In this document: one piece after another, positions 1 to 9,680 of the stretch
How positions within the stretch are numbered: the first letter of the stretch is position 1
Layout: each line of letters starts with the position of its first letter
Source of the DNA: an uncultured bacterium
GTDB taxonomy: Bacteria; Desulfobacterota_D; UBA1144; Nemesobacterales; UBA2774
Assembly (NCBI GenBank): GCA_963825135.1
Contig: CAWGRW010000009.1
Location: 2,016,001 to 2,080,000, forward strand
Direction of reading: 5' to 3'
Length of the DNA: 64,000 bases
Notes under the pieces: generated by a model
Seen by the model: only the letters and a program-made list of their open reading frames with translations
Database searches by the model: none
Told to the model about the DNA's origin: nothing
Program-made: the position numbers and the translations under genes

Positions 1-183
1 CGAATAGAAATTTACGGATGATGCCATGACATCGAGAAAGGAATCCGCCGCCGAAGCGAGGATGCTTATCGAATTGGTTAGAATTCCGAATACGACCTTA
101 ACGATGATTAATAGGATGGATACACTTATAGAAAGGAGGGCAGTTCGGAACTTTTTATTTCTGCTTATTACTCTGCTGCTCAA
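1..183 (-). CDS. Cation diffusion facilitator (FieF/CzcD-like), N-terminal part, runs off window start
   Basis: Manual minus-strand translation from TTG: LSSRVISRNKKFRTALLSISVSILLIIVKVVFGILTNSISILASAADSFLDVMASSVNFYS, matching CDF TM1-TM2 (K..G..S..LA...DS..D). Not in the ORF track; start uncertain (183 or 189). Confidence 0.85.
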   Translation of the reverse strand, partial: MSSRVISRNKKFRTALLSISVSILLIIVKVVFGILTNSISILASAADSFLDVMASSVNFYS

Positions 184-300
184 TGACAACTTTTTTCTTA
201 CTTGCCGTTACAGTTTTATTTGCGTCGACGGAAGATCGACTAACGCTATGAAGAGTGATGATCATTCTCTAAAGGAGTGCCGTCCGCGATGACGATTTTC

Positions 301-1617
301 TCAGACGCTCCACCGTTTCAGCTTCTCTTCAACCTTACGATTTAGCTGCTCCCTGTATTCTTCGATATCGATTTTGATTCTTGATGCGCCCGTATGCATA
401 GCGGCCTCGGCTACAGCGACTGATTCCCAAACGAGCACCCTGGGGTCAAACGGGGAGGGGACGATATACTCGGGACCGAAATCGAAATGTTTTTTGCCGT
501 AAGCTTTTGCTACTCCTTCATCCGCTCCCATTTTGGCGAGTTTTGCCAGAGAATATGCCGCAGCGACCTTCATTTCTTCGTTTATTGCCTTGGCCCTGAC
601 GTCGAGCGCTCCCCTGAATATGAAGGGAAACCCCAGGACATTGTTTACCTGGTTCGGGTAGTCGGACCTTCCGGTGGCCATTATTAAGTCCTTTCTGGCG
701 GCCTTGGCGTCCGGGAAGGAGATTTCCGGGTCGGGGTTCGCCATTGCAAAGATTATCGGCTTGTCCGCCATGGACTTAACCATAGCTTTATTGACTGCGC
801 CCCCTGTCGACAGACCCACAAAAACATCGGCTCCCTTCATCGCGTCCTCAAGGGTCCTTGCGCTCGTATCAACTGCGAATTTTCCTTTCTGGGGGTTCAT
901 GTTCGCATCTCTCCCCTTGTATATAACCCCGCGGCTGTCGCACATTATCATGTTCTCTCTTCTTGCGCCCAGGTGGATGAAGAACTCGGCGCAGGCTATT
1001 GCGGCAGCCCCCGCGCCGTTGAATGTCATCCTGAGCTCGCTTATCTCCTTCTTTACTAATTCGCAAGCGTTCAGCAATCCCGCTCCGGATATTATCGCCG
1101 TTCCGTGCTGGTCGTCGTGGAACACCGGGATATCCATTTGCTTCCTTAATTCGTCCTCGATGTAAAAACACTCAGGAGCCTTGATGTCTTCAAGATTGAT
1201 TCCCCCGAACGTCGGCTCCAGATACTTCACCGTCTTGATGATCTCATCGGGGTCGTCCGTGTTAAGTTCTATATCGAAGGCGTCTATCCCGGCGAACCGC
1301 TTAAATAGTACGCTCTTCCCTTCCATAACCGGCTTGCCGGCGAGGGCTCCTATTTTTCCGAGGCCCAGAACTGCCGTACCGTTCGTTATTACGCCGACGA
1401 GGTTTCCCTTATTCGTGTATTCATAGGCGAGATGGGGGTCTCTGTAGATCTCCATACAGGGTTCCGCCACGCCCGGCGTGTAAGCAAGAGATAAGTCCCA
1501 CTGCGTCAAACAGGGCTTCGTCGGTACGACTTCTATCTTCCCTTTTCGGCCGACACTGTGGTAATCCAGAGCAGCTTGCTTAATCTCTTTATCTTTATCA
1601 TCAGCCGAATTAGACAT
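301..1617 (-). CDS. NAD(P)-dependent malic enzyme (MaeB-type malic domain, no PTA domain)
   Basis: [70 protein letters not shown] upstream. Confidence 0.95.
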   Translation of the reverse strand: MSNSADDKDKEIKQAALDYHSVGRKGKIEVVPTKPCLTQWDLSLAYTPGVAEPCMEIYRDPHLAYEYTNKGNLVGVITNGTAVLGLGKIGALAGKPVMEGKSVLFKRFAGIDAFDIELNTDDPDEIIKTVKYLEPTFGGINLEDIKAPECFYIEDELRKQMDIPVFHDDQHGTAIISGAGLLNACELVKKEISELRMTFNGAGAAAIACAEFFIHLGARRENMIMCDSRGVIYKGRDANMNPQKGKFAVDTSARTLEDAMKGADVFVGLSTGGAVNKAMVKSMADKPIIFAMANPDPEISFPDAKAARKDLIMATGRSDYPNQVNNVLGFPFIFRGALDVRAKAINEEMKVAAAYSLAKLAKMGADEGVAKAYGKKHFDFGPEYIVPSPFDPRVLVWESVAVAEAAMHTGASRIKIDIEEYREQLNRKVEEKLKRWSV

Positions 1618-1683
1618 GTAACAATAATCCTCCGTTTATTTTTCCTTTTGTGTATGTTCGGATATTCATGACGAGTCTTTGCG

Positions 1684-1908
1684 TTAGCTCTTCACTCCGC
1701 ATCCGCAGCCCGCTGGACTGCATCCGCATCCGCCGCCTGCATAGCTCGGTGGGGAGACCTCACCCTCGGACTTTATCCCGAAAGGGGAGAATTGCTTTTC
1801 TAAATTCCTGCTCCGGCACGCAGCGCACTCGATCGCTTCTTCGCTGTTCAGGACTAAAATTTCGAATAACTCTTCACAGTCGAGACACTTATATTCAAAT
1901 ATCGGCAC
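1684..1908 (-). CDS. FmdB-family zinc-ribbon protein
   Basis: MPIFEYKCxxC...CxxC...LEKQFS plus Gly/Cys-rich tail; GGAGG RBS. Confidence 0.85.
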   Translation of the reverse strand: MPIFEYKCLDCEELFEILVLNSEEAIECAACRSRNLEKQFSPFGIKSEGEVSPPSYAGGGCGCSPAGCGCGVKS

Positions 1909-2077
1909 TCTTTGGGGACCTCCGTCACCCTAATGATTGGAAAGTATTATAAATTTATATCAACTGTAGTCAACGTGGCAATTTTCCGGTTATTTTCTGG
2001 AAATAATCCCAGCTCATCGGAAGTTTTGTAGTATAACCGGGATAATTATTGATGTTAAGGAACAATTTGCCCCGATA

Positions 2078-2818
2078 TTACTGCATGTTGTCCGCAATGA
2101 AGTGGATTATTTCGGACACGTCGCCTCTATGAGCAAGGGCTCCCATATAATCGTTCCCCGGGTCAAGTCGAAGTATCGTCCACTTCTCGTTCAATATTTC
2201 GAGTCGACTGGAGACGTCGGGAGATTTTATAACAGAAGAAAAATCCACATCTTTCAAGCCGGACGAGAAGCCTGTCCCCACCGCTTTCGAATATGCCTCT
2301 TTTATCGTCCATAAGCCCATGAAAGCCCGGTTTTTCACGATGTCCGGACTTGAATGGTAATATTCCCTTTCATCCGGAGAGAAGAACCGCTCGAGGATTT
2401 TTTCAGCCCTCATGACGCCTCTCACATATTCGACGTCGACGCCGACATCTCCCTTTACTCCGACTGCGCATAACGCGAGGCTGCGGGAATGGGAAATATT
2501 GAAACTAATTCCCTTCGGGTTCGATCCGGCGGGCAGCCCCGGCTTTCCGTGCTCATTATATGCGAATACGATTTCTTCCGGACGGGTTTTTAAATATCTG
2601 CCGAGAATCCTTCTCAGGTATCCGCGTGCGGTGATGAATCTGCTCCTGTACTCAGAAAAACGCAGTCTGGCCGCCCTCTCTTTCTCGTCTTCCGAAAGTA
2701 TTTCATAAAGCGGATTATCCGGGTTTCCCAAGGGGATGTCGAGGGCTATTTCCCACACGTGTATTTCGCCCTCGCTAAGGGTCGCAACGCTCTTTGGAGG
2801 TTTCCGGTTCTCTCTCAT
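2078..2818 (-). CDS. Sfp-type 4'-phosphopantetheinyl transferase
   Basis: GKP, FNISHS, VGVDVE, WTIKEAYSKAVG motifs. Confidence 0.93.
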   Translation of the reverse strand: MRENRKPPKSVATLSEGEIHVWEIALDIPLGNPDNPLYEILSEDEKERAARLRFSEYRSRFITARGYLRRILGRYLKTRPEEIVFAYNEHGKPGLPAGSNPKGISFNISHSRSLALCAVGVKGDVGVDVEYVRGVMRAEKILERFFSPDEREYYHSSPDIVKNRAFMGLWTIKEAYSKAVGTGFSSGLKDVDFSSVIKSPDVSSRLEILNEKWTILRLDPGNDYMGALAHRGDVSEIIHFIADNMQ

Positions 2819-2868
2819 TAGACCCGCATGAAAATCGTATGATGGTTAGCCGGCGTCTCTCAATCAAA

Positions 2869-3624
2869 TCAGAAGGATTTCCAGAAATCGATCCCCGCCC
2901 AGTCGAGAGCCCTCTGGCCGTATATATTGAGGTAATAGAGGTTGTTGGTTACCATCAGGAGACCTACGATAATCAAGGTCCCGCCGACTATGATTTTATA
3001 GAGACTGTAGTGACGCTTTATCCATCCGAAGGCGGTGAGAGCTTTTGAGAGGGCGAGCCCGGTGACAATGAAAGGCAATCCGAGACCGACCGAATAGACG
3101 AACAGAAGGGCGGCACCTTTTCCCGCCCCTTCCGCTGTGCTCGCATAAAGAAGAATAGAGGCCAGTATGGGTCCCACGCATGGTGTCCATCCGAATCCGA
3201 ACGCGATGCCGAGAAAAAATATGCCTACGAGTCCCAGTTTACCGTCTGTAAAATATAGCCTCCTCTCCCTGTATAGCTGGGGTATCTTGAGCACGTCCAT
3301 CGAGAATAGCCCGAATATTATTATTATCACTCCGGATATCCTGAGGAGAAGCACCTTGTTTTCGTGCAGGAAAGTGCCGATATAGGAGGCGGACGCGCCC
3401 AGCGTGACGAACACCGTCGAAAAACCGAGTACGAACAGGAGGCTCGGTATGAGTACCTTGCTGGTTTTTCCTGCCGTTGTTTCCCCCGTCAGCTCCTCGA
3501 ACGACATTTTCGAAACCATCGATACGTACCCCGGGATCAGGGGCAGCACGCACGGCGAGAGGAACGAGATGACGCCTGCAAAAAACGCTATGACCCAGCT
3601 TATTTGAATTTCTGCAGGATTCAC
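2869..3624 (-). CDS. ccdA: CcdA/DsbD-family transmembrane disulfide reductase
   Basis: AGVISFLSPCVLPLIPGY and FGWTPCVGPIL motifs, multiple TM helices. Confidence 0.92.
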   Translation of the reverse strand: MNPAEIQISWVIAFFAGVISFLSPCVLPLIPGYVSMVSKMSFEELTGETTAGKTSKVLIPSLLFVLGFSTVFVTLGASASYIGTFLHENKVLLLRISGVIIIIFGLFSMDVLKIPQLYRERRLYFTDGKLGLVGIFFLGIAFGFGWTPCVGPILASILLYASTAEGAGKGAALLFVYSVGLGLPFIVTGLALSKALTAFGWIKRHYSLYKIIVGGTLIIVGLLMVTNNLYYLNIYGQRALDWAGIDFWKSF

Positions 3625-4145
3625 TCCGCTATCTCCTTCATATATAGCTTGAACTTCTTTTCCCCGTCTTTCCCGACGAACGGGCCGTAATTTTTAATCG
3701 CTATTTTGCCTTCTTTATTTATGAAAAATGTAGCGGGGAGCGCCACAACTTTATACTTCGAGGACACCTCGCCCTGCTGGTCGTATAGGGTCGTATACGT
3801 AATTCCGGTATTTTTGATGAATTCCGACGCGTTCGTTTTGTCGTCCATGACATTAACCCCTATGAACACGACATCCTTTTCCTTGAATTTGTTCCACATC
3901 TTCTCGAAAAGCGGCAGTTCCTCTTTGCATGGTCCGCACCATGTGGCCCAGAAATTCAGTACGACCGGTTTTCCTTTGAAGTCTGCCAGGCTGATTTTAT
4001 TTCCGCCGTCCACTGTTTCGAGTGAAAAGCCCTCGGCTGTATTTTGATCCGTACCGCTCCCGGGCTCCCCGTTTCCCCTGTCACAGGACAAAACAGTCAG
4101 TATCAGGACCAGAACCGGAGTGAGAAGCAGGCTTCTTCTTTTCAT
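3621..4145 (-). CDS. TlpA/ResA-family thiol-disulfide oxidoreductase, probable lipoprotein
   Basis: VVLNFWATWCGPC, N-terminal lipobox-like VLSC, 4-nt overlap with ccdA. Confidence 0.92.
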   Translation of the reverse strand: MKRRSLLLTPVLVLILTVLSCDRGNGEPGSGTDQNTAEGFSLETVDGGNKISLADFKGKPVVLNFWATWCGPCKEELPLFEKMWNKFKEKDVVFIGVNVMDDKTNASEFIKNTGITYTTLYDQQGEVSSKYKVVALPATFFINKEGKIAIKNYGPFVGKDGEKKFKLYMKEIAE

Positions 4146-4319
4146 GGAATCTCCTCATGGCGTTACATGCGCGGTTTAAGAACCCTGAATAATATACCAT
4201 TCATATTTTTTTTTGTGTCGATATGACGGAATACGAGATTTCGGGCGAGTCGGATTCAGGTTCGGGTGAATCTATGGTACTGGGGTCAAAACTTCTTTGG
4301 GTTCAATTATCGAAATCTC

Positions 4320-4952
4320 TCATTCAGCCCGGAGCCGTGCAAGCGTCCCGGGATCGATATCCTCCGCCGTATCGACATCTTTCAATGTATCAAGGAGCTT
4401 ATGACTCAGATTTCTCTCGACAATACGAGCGATAGTCCGGGTGTATACGGTATCGGCGCCCCAATCAATGTCTCTGAAGAGAATGGGTTCGAATGCCCTC
4501 AGCCCTATCAAGTAATACCCCCCGTCCTCGGCAGGCCCCAGTACCACATCGGCGTCGCTTAGCAGGTCGAAGGCGGCGCGTACAATGTCCGCCGTGATAT
4601 CGGGAATGTCCGTCCCTATCAGGACCGCCCTTACCGCCCCCTCGGAAAATACACTGTGAAACGCGTCGGACATCCTGTCGCCGATCGTGCCCCCGGACTG
4701 GGGTTCGAAGGAGAGGCCATCCGATCCGAGCCACGTTTTTATGTCGTCTCCCCTCTCCGGCGGATCGAAATAAACGATAGTTCCGTAGGCGCCGGGCCCG
4801 GAGACATCGTGTACGATCCTCTCCGCCATTCGCGAATATATCTCGGCCGCTCTTTCCGCCCCCAGCTCCCGGGCGATCCTTGTCTTGACTTTCCCCGGCT
4901 CGGGGAATTTAACGAATACGATAAGTCTGTCTTCTCGGTCTCTGTATGGCAT
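4320..4952 (-). CDS. DUF2064 / TIGR04282-type arsenosugar-associated transferase
   Basis: IVFVKFPEPGKVKTR, LIGTDIP, VLGPAEDGGYYLIG, DVDT; adjacent to arsS. ATG at 4952 chosen; ORF extends to TTG 4979. Confidence 0.9.
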   Translation of the reverse strand: MPYRDREDRLIVFVKFPEPGKVKTRIARELGAERAAEIYSRMAERIVHDVSGPGAYGTIVYFDPPERGDDIKTWLGSDGLSFEPQSGGTIGDRMSDAFHSVFSEGAVRAVLIGTDIPDITADIVRAAFDLLSDADVVLGPAEDGGYYLIGLRAFEPILFRDIDWGADTVYTRTIARIVERNLSHKLLDTLKDVDTAEDIDPGTLARLRAE

Positions 4953-4988
4953 CGGGTTTGAACGGGCTCGAATCCGCAATCGAAGATA

Positions 4989-6026
4989 TCAGGCGGTTGC
5001 GCCGCCGCAGCTGCTTCCCGAGCCCGCCGTGCAGCCGTAACAATGCGAACCGAATATTATTCGCCTGTTCACGAGGCTCTCGTAGTCGAAATTAAAAACC
5101 GTCAGGGGCTCCCCGTTCCGTGTGACTTCCAGGTCGAGCATCTGGTTGAAATCGCAGTCGTATATCCTGCCGTCATAGCCTACGCTCACGAGCGACCTGC
5201 ACATCACTCCCTCGGCGGCCGCCGGGTTGTATGCGTTTACGAGCTTGGTCATGTAATCATCGTAAGCGCCCAGTTTTTTTAGCTGCTGCATGAAGCGGTT
5301 TATCGGCATGTTCGTTATCGTGTAGAGGTTGTTAAAGACGACGCCGTACTTTCTTTGCAGCTCCCTCTTAAAGTCCGCCTCCAGACCCTTCTGAGGCGCG
5401 GGCAGGAACGCCCCCACCGGGTTATAGACGAAATTCAGCACGAGCCCCGAGGCATCCGCGCCGTAGCCCTCGGCGTTTAGGAGCCGTATAGCCTGAATAC
5501 TTTTCTCGAACACCCCCTTACCCCTCTGCTTGTCCGTGAAATATTCCTGGTAATAAGGGAGAGACGAAATAACTTCCACCCCGTGATCGGCGTAGAAGCG
5601 GGGAAGGTAGGATTTACTCTCTCCGGTTACGGGATTGCCGTCTATCGTAACCGTGAGGTTGTGCCTGACCATTACTCGCTTGCCGAGTTTTACGGCCTCA
5701 CGCACGAGGCGGTCGAAGTGCGGATTGAGCTCCGGTGCTCCGCCGGTGATGTCGAGACTCTTTATCTGTTTATGCTCCCCGAGAATCTCCAGGCACCGGT
5801 TTGCCGTCTCGATATCCATCTGCTCGGTCCTTCTGGGCGATGCATCGACGTGGCAGTGTACGCAGGACTGGTTGCAGAGCCTCGTGACGTTTACCTGCAG
5901 CGTGTCAATACCGAGAGGGGGGAGCTCCTGCATGTTATTGTCGAGAGTTTTATGAAAATTATATTTGACCTCGTCGCCTGGGTCTGTCTCTTCCGTTTTC
6001 CGCTTGAGCGCGTGAGCCTGGGACAT
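4989..6026 (-). CDS. arsS: Arsenosugar biosynthesis radical SAM protein ArsS (Cys form)
   Basis: LQVNVTRLCNQSCVHCHV (CxxxCxxC), DITGGAPELNP, YDCDFNQML, C-terminal HCYGCTAGSGSSCGG. Confidence 0.92.
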   Translation of the reverse strand: MSQAHALKRKTEETDPGDEVKYNFHKTLDNNMQELPPLGIDTLQVNVTRLCNQSCVHCHVDASPRRTEQMDIETANRCLEILGEHKQIKSLDITGGAPELNPHFDRLVREAVKLGKRVMVRHNLTVTIDGNPVTGESKSYLPRFYADHGVEVISSLPYYQEYFTDKQRGKGVFEKSIQAIRLLNAEGYGADASGLVLNFVYNPVGAFLPAPQKGLEADFKRELQRKYGVVFNNLYTITNMPINRFMQQLKKLGAYDDYMTKLVNAYNPAAAEGVMCRSLVSVGYDGRIYDCDFNQMLDLEVTRNGEPLTVFNFDYESLVNRRIIFGSHCYGCTAGSGSSCGGATA

Positions 6027-6089
6027 CCTGTGCTCCTGAATTATTTCTCTAATCCCGAGTGCTGGGTCTGAATAGGTTCATGCGGAGAA

Positions 6090-6425
6090 TTACAGAGCGC
6101 CGTTTTTTTCGAGCGCGTTGTGCATCTGAATCCCGTGTATCAGCGTGATGCCCGCTTCCATCGATGCCGCTACGTGTACCGCCTCCGTCATCTGCTCGGG
6201 GTCGGCGCCGGTCTCGAGACACTGGGTCGTGTACGCGTCTATGCAGTAAGGACACTTTTTTACATGGGCGACGGCAAGCGCGATCAGAGCCTTTTCCCTC
6301 TTTGTCAGCGCCCCGTCCTCTCCTGTCGCGGCGTTGTAATAGTCGAAAAACTTCTTCATCAGGTCCTGGCCGAATCTCCCCATCTCGGCAAATCGTTTTA
6401 AATCCTTCGGGTCATAGTAATCCAT
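6090..6425 (-). CDS. AhpD/CMD-like peroxidase associated with arsenosugar clusters
   Basis: MDYYDPKDLKRF...ALTKREKALIALAVAH..KCPYCIDAY; GGAGG RBS before ATG 6425 (the ORF-track start at 6674 is over-extended). Confidence 0.88.
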   Translation of the reverse strand: MDYYDPKDLKRFAEMGRFGQDLMKKFFDYYNAATGEDGALTKREKALIALAVAHVKKCPYCIDAYTTQCLETGADPEQMTEAVHVAASMEAGITLIHGIQMHNALEKNGAL

Positions 6426-6447
6426 TCTGCCCTCCATTGATTTGAAT

Positions 6448-7411
6448 TTAGCAACAACCGCTTCCGCCGCCGGGTGTGCAGCAGGCGTTATCGTCCGGTT
6501 TCGTTTCAGACTTCGTTCAGGGTAAACATGCCGTAATACGGGGCAGCGGAGAGCTTCCGGGCCGTATCGGTGCATACCTCGACCGCCTGATTCCTCGGAA
6601 AGACATGACCCTCTTCGTCTATGATTACCTTGAAGGGGCCTTTGTATGTCGCGTACTGTCCGATATAGACGCAACCGGCTGTCTTCTGGAATTTATAACC
6701 CCTCACCGTAACCGAATAAAAATCGATGTTTTCGATGATCTTCCAGAATTTTTTATCCAGTATCTCTATACCGTAAAAGCCTGATTGTTCGAGATAGGAC
6801 AGGAACCGGTTTTCGGCAAGTGAGCCCGCAATGCACTCGCCCAAAAGCTGCTCGTCTTTCTTTAGACGTTCCGGAATCTCGCGGTCAGAAACTATATCGG
6901 ATACGACGATCCTCCCGTGGTCTTTGAGGACTCTCCACATTTCCGAGAATACTTTTCTCTTGTTCGGGGAAAGGTTGATAACGCAGTTCGATGTAATCAG
7001 GTCCGCCGATTTGGAGTCCGCGGGTATCTCTTCCAGAAAACCCTTCCTGAACTCGACGTTCTCGTAGCCGAGATTATCCGCGACGGCACCCTTACATTCA
7101 TTCGCGACTTTGAGCATCTCGTCGGTCATATCTACGCCGATGACTTTACCTTTACGACCCGTAATTTTAGATGCAATGAAGCAATCTATCCCTGCCCCGG
7201 AGCCGAGGTCGAGAACGGTCTCACCTGACGCTATCCCGGCGAGGCTGATCGGGCTTCCGCACCCGTAGAACCTCTCGATTACCTCACTCGGTATGTGGTG
7301 CGTGTCTTCGGGGGGATAGCCCCCGGGGCAGCAAAGGTCAGCCCGGGGCTCTCTGGCAGCTTTACTGTAGAATTCCCTCACGCTCTCTCTCGTGTTGTCG
7401 ATTGGCTCCAT
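6448..7411 (-). CDS. arsM: Arsenite methyltransferase (ArsM/AS3MT-like) with apparent +1 frameshift near the C-terminus
   Basis: LCCP, FYGCGSP, VLDLGSGAGIDC, SNCVINL, ECIAG. Main frame stops at 6506; an alternative frame gives ...DDNACCTPGGGSGCC* ending at 6448. Confidence 0.85.
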
Positions 7412-7712
7412 TTTTCCACGGCCTCCCGGATTGATTGTATCTGCAGATTTTGAGAAATTTATATTTATTCTTACATTTCCGTGACTCGATGTAAATAGGA
7501 CTTTCGGCCGTTGGCCGATTTTATTTCGGTGGTATCTTTATATTTAGATGGTTATTTTCGTGAGAAGTTTCGTATTTTTTCTGGCCGCTTTTCGATTTTG
7601 ATGATACGGCTCGGGATTGTATGTGCTTATGCCCTGTACGGGTACTCGATTGCGGGTATTTTTATGGAATAGCGGTCGCAGGTACAAACGGGCAATTTAA
7701 CGGAGTTCTTAT

Positions 7713-8399
7713 ATGAAATTAAAAGCTGTGATTTTCGATTTTGACGGGGTGATAGCCGATACTGAACCGATCCATCTGAGCGCCTTCCAGAGGACTCTGG
7801 AAGGCCTCGGTATCCTTCTTACTAAAGAGGACTATTACGCCGGATACCTCGCCTACGACGACAAGACATTTTTTAAGCGGTTTCTCAATGACCGGGATTA
7901 TGAGCACGAAGAGGCATTGATAGCGGAGCTGATTGAGAGGAAATCGGGCCATTACGAGGACCTGATAAAGGATAATATCGAAATCCTGCCGGGGGTGAGG
8001 AGCTTTATCGATAAAATCGCCGGAAAATGCCGCATCGCTATCGGCTCGGGCGCGATGAAGAGCGAGATTGCTGATATACTCGAGTTCGCGGGCATCAGAG
8101 GACTTTTCGAGGTCATTGTCGGAGCCGAGGATATAGAGAACTGCAAACCCGCCCCCGATGTGTACCTGGAAGTCTTAAAAAGATTAAACGCGTCGGCCTC
8201 CGCATCGGAGATGATATCGGCCGCTGAATGTCTCGTCATAGAGGATTCCGTATCGGGTGTTAAAGCGGCTCTCTCGGCGGGGATGAAATGCCTCGCCGTT
8301 ACTAACTCTTATTCGGCTGAAAAGCTTTCACACGCCCATATGGTGAGGGACAGCCTGAGCGGTGTGGGAATTGAAGACCTGAACCGACTGTACCCGTGA
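7713..8399 (+). CDS. HAD-family phosphatase (beta-PGM/CbbY-like)
   Basis: FDFDGVIADTE, KPAPDVY, VIEDSVSG. Confidence 0.92.
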   Translation: MKLKAVIFDFDGVIADTEPIHLSAFQRTLEGLGILLTKEDYYAGYLAYDDKTFFKRFLNDRDYEHEEALIAELIERKSGHYEDLIKDNIEILPGVRSFIDKIAGKCRIAIGSGAMKSEIADILEFAGIRGLFEVIVGAEDIENCKPAPDVYLEVLKRLNASASASEMISAAECLVIEDSVSGVKAALSAGMKCLAVTNSYSAEKLSHAHMVRDSLSGVGIEDLNRLYP

Positions 8400-8467
8400 C
8401 GGGGATTTACACGGCCCCTTCTCTATAAACTCATCAGGTGCGCGAGCTCCCTATTCCTCTGTAGAGA

Positions 8468-8496
8468 TTGAGAAATGCCTTAACTCCAATTAATAT
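8468..8496 (+). promoter_or_regulatory. Putative sigma70 promoter, probably leaderless transcript
   Basis: TTGAGA-17-TAATAT, 6 nt before ATG 8503, no SD. Confidence 0.5.
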
Positions 8497-8502
8497 TACG
8501 CT

Positions 8503-9588
8503 ATGGATATTTACGCTCTTATTATGGCCGGAGGGGAGGGGAAAAGGTTTTGGCCCCTTAGCAGCCCGAATAAGCCCAAGCAGTTCCTGTCGCTGGCAGG
8601 CGAAAAATCATTGGTAAGGCAGACTGTCGACAGGGTTCTGCCCCTGATCCCTATAGAGAAGGTATTCATAGTCACTGTCGCCCGCTATGCCGAAGAGACC
8701 CTCAGACACATACCCGAACTCCCCGAAAGTAACCTGGTGCTTGAGCCCGAGGGGAAAAACACAGCCCCCTGTATCGCCTACGGCACGCTCAGAATCAAGG
8801 ATTCTGCCGTGGACCCGGTTGTAGTCGTCCTGCCTGCCGATCACGCGGTGGGTGACGACGAAGGGTTCAGGAGCGTGCTTGGTTTCGCCGGCGCTACGGC
8901 CTCGCTAGATCTCGGCGATGGCAAGTACCCCCTCATCACCCTCGGCGTAAGGCCTACTACGCCCGAAACGGGCTACGGGTATATTAAGTCTTCTCAAAAA
9001 GCCGTGTCCTCCGCGGGCGCGTTCAGCGCGTACAAGGTGGAGAGGTTTACCGAAAAGCCTGATTTAACCACCGCGCAGGGCTTCATCAAAGAGAGAGGGT
9101 ATTATTGGAACAGCGGCGTATTCGTCTGGAAAGCTTCATCCATATTAACGGAATTCTCAAGCATACTCCCTGACTGGCATAAGCACTTTAATGAAATCTC
9201 TGAAAACATCGGAAAGCCGTCCGAGGATGCCGCGGTCTCTTCCTTTTACAATGGAATAGAACCCGGGTCTATAGATAAGCTTATTATGGAGCATTCCGTA
9301 AACACAGTGGTTATTCCGGTGGATTTTCCGTGGAGCGACGTCGGGAGCTGGAAGGCGCTCGACGAGTTTATGCGGAAGGACAGGGACGAAAATATCATCC
9401 GCGGGAAAGCGGTTACAGTCGATACCTCGGGTTGTCTCGTATTCGGGAGCGAAAGGGTGATCGCGCTCGTAGGGGTCAAGGATATAGTGGTGGTCGATTC
9501 AGGGGACGGCATCCTGATTCTTGACAAGGAAAAGTCCCAGGATGTAAAGAAGGTAGCCGAAGAACTTAGTAAAAAGAATAAGGATTAG
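8503..9588 (+). CDS. manC: Mannose-1-phosphate guanylyltransferase
   Basis: IMAGGEGKRFWPLS..KPKQF, NTAPCI, LPADH, ETGYGYI, WNSG, WSDVGSW; no cupin isomerase domain. Confidence 0.93.
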   Translation: MDIYALIMAGGEGKRFWPLSSPNKPKQFLSLAGEKSLVRQTVDRVLPLIPIEKVFIVTVARYAEETLRHIPELPESNLVLEPEGKNTAPCIAYGTLRIKDSAVDPVVVVLPADHAVGDDEGFRSVLGFAGATASLDLGDGKYPLITLGVRPTTPETGYGYIKSSQKAVSSAGAFSAYKVERFTEKPDLTTAQGFIKERGYYWNSGVFVWKASSILTEFSSILPDWHKHFNEISENIGKPSEDAAVSSFYNGIEPGSIDKLIMEHSVNTVVIPVDFPWSDVGSWKALDEFMRKDRDENIIRGKAVTVDTSGCLVFGSERVIALVGVKDIVVVDSGDGILILDKEKSQDVKKVAEELSKKNKD

Positions 9589-9680
9589 TCACCAACCTGC
9601 TATAATTAATTGATTTTTGTTGTTTATTGTCCTAAAATTGTAAATATAATCGGGCTACTCTCAGACTAAACGGAAAAAAT

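Noticed and set aside
26..292. 88-aa plus-strand ORF
   Set aside because: Antisense shadow of the minus-strand CDF transporter start
190..300. Possible metal riboswitch (NiCo/yybP) upstream of the CDF gene
   Set aside because: No recognisable conserved motifs
1684..4145. TlpA-CcdA-PPTase-FmdB as part of the arsenic operon or a biosynthetic cluster
   Set aside because: A 174-nt AT-rich gap with its own extended -10-like TGGTATATT separates them from the ars genes; no carrier protein, NRPS or PKS in the window
4989..6508. Selenocysteine in ArsS or at the ArsM TGA
   Set aside because: The ArsS GSSCGG position is TGC. Read-through of the ArsM TGA adds only NETGR before TAA, whereas the shifted frame gives a convincing CC tail.
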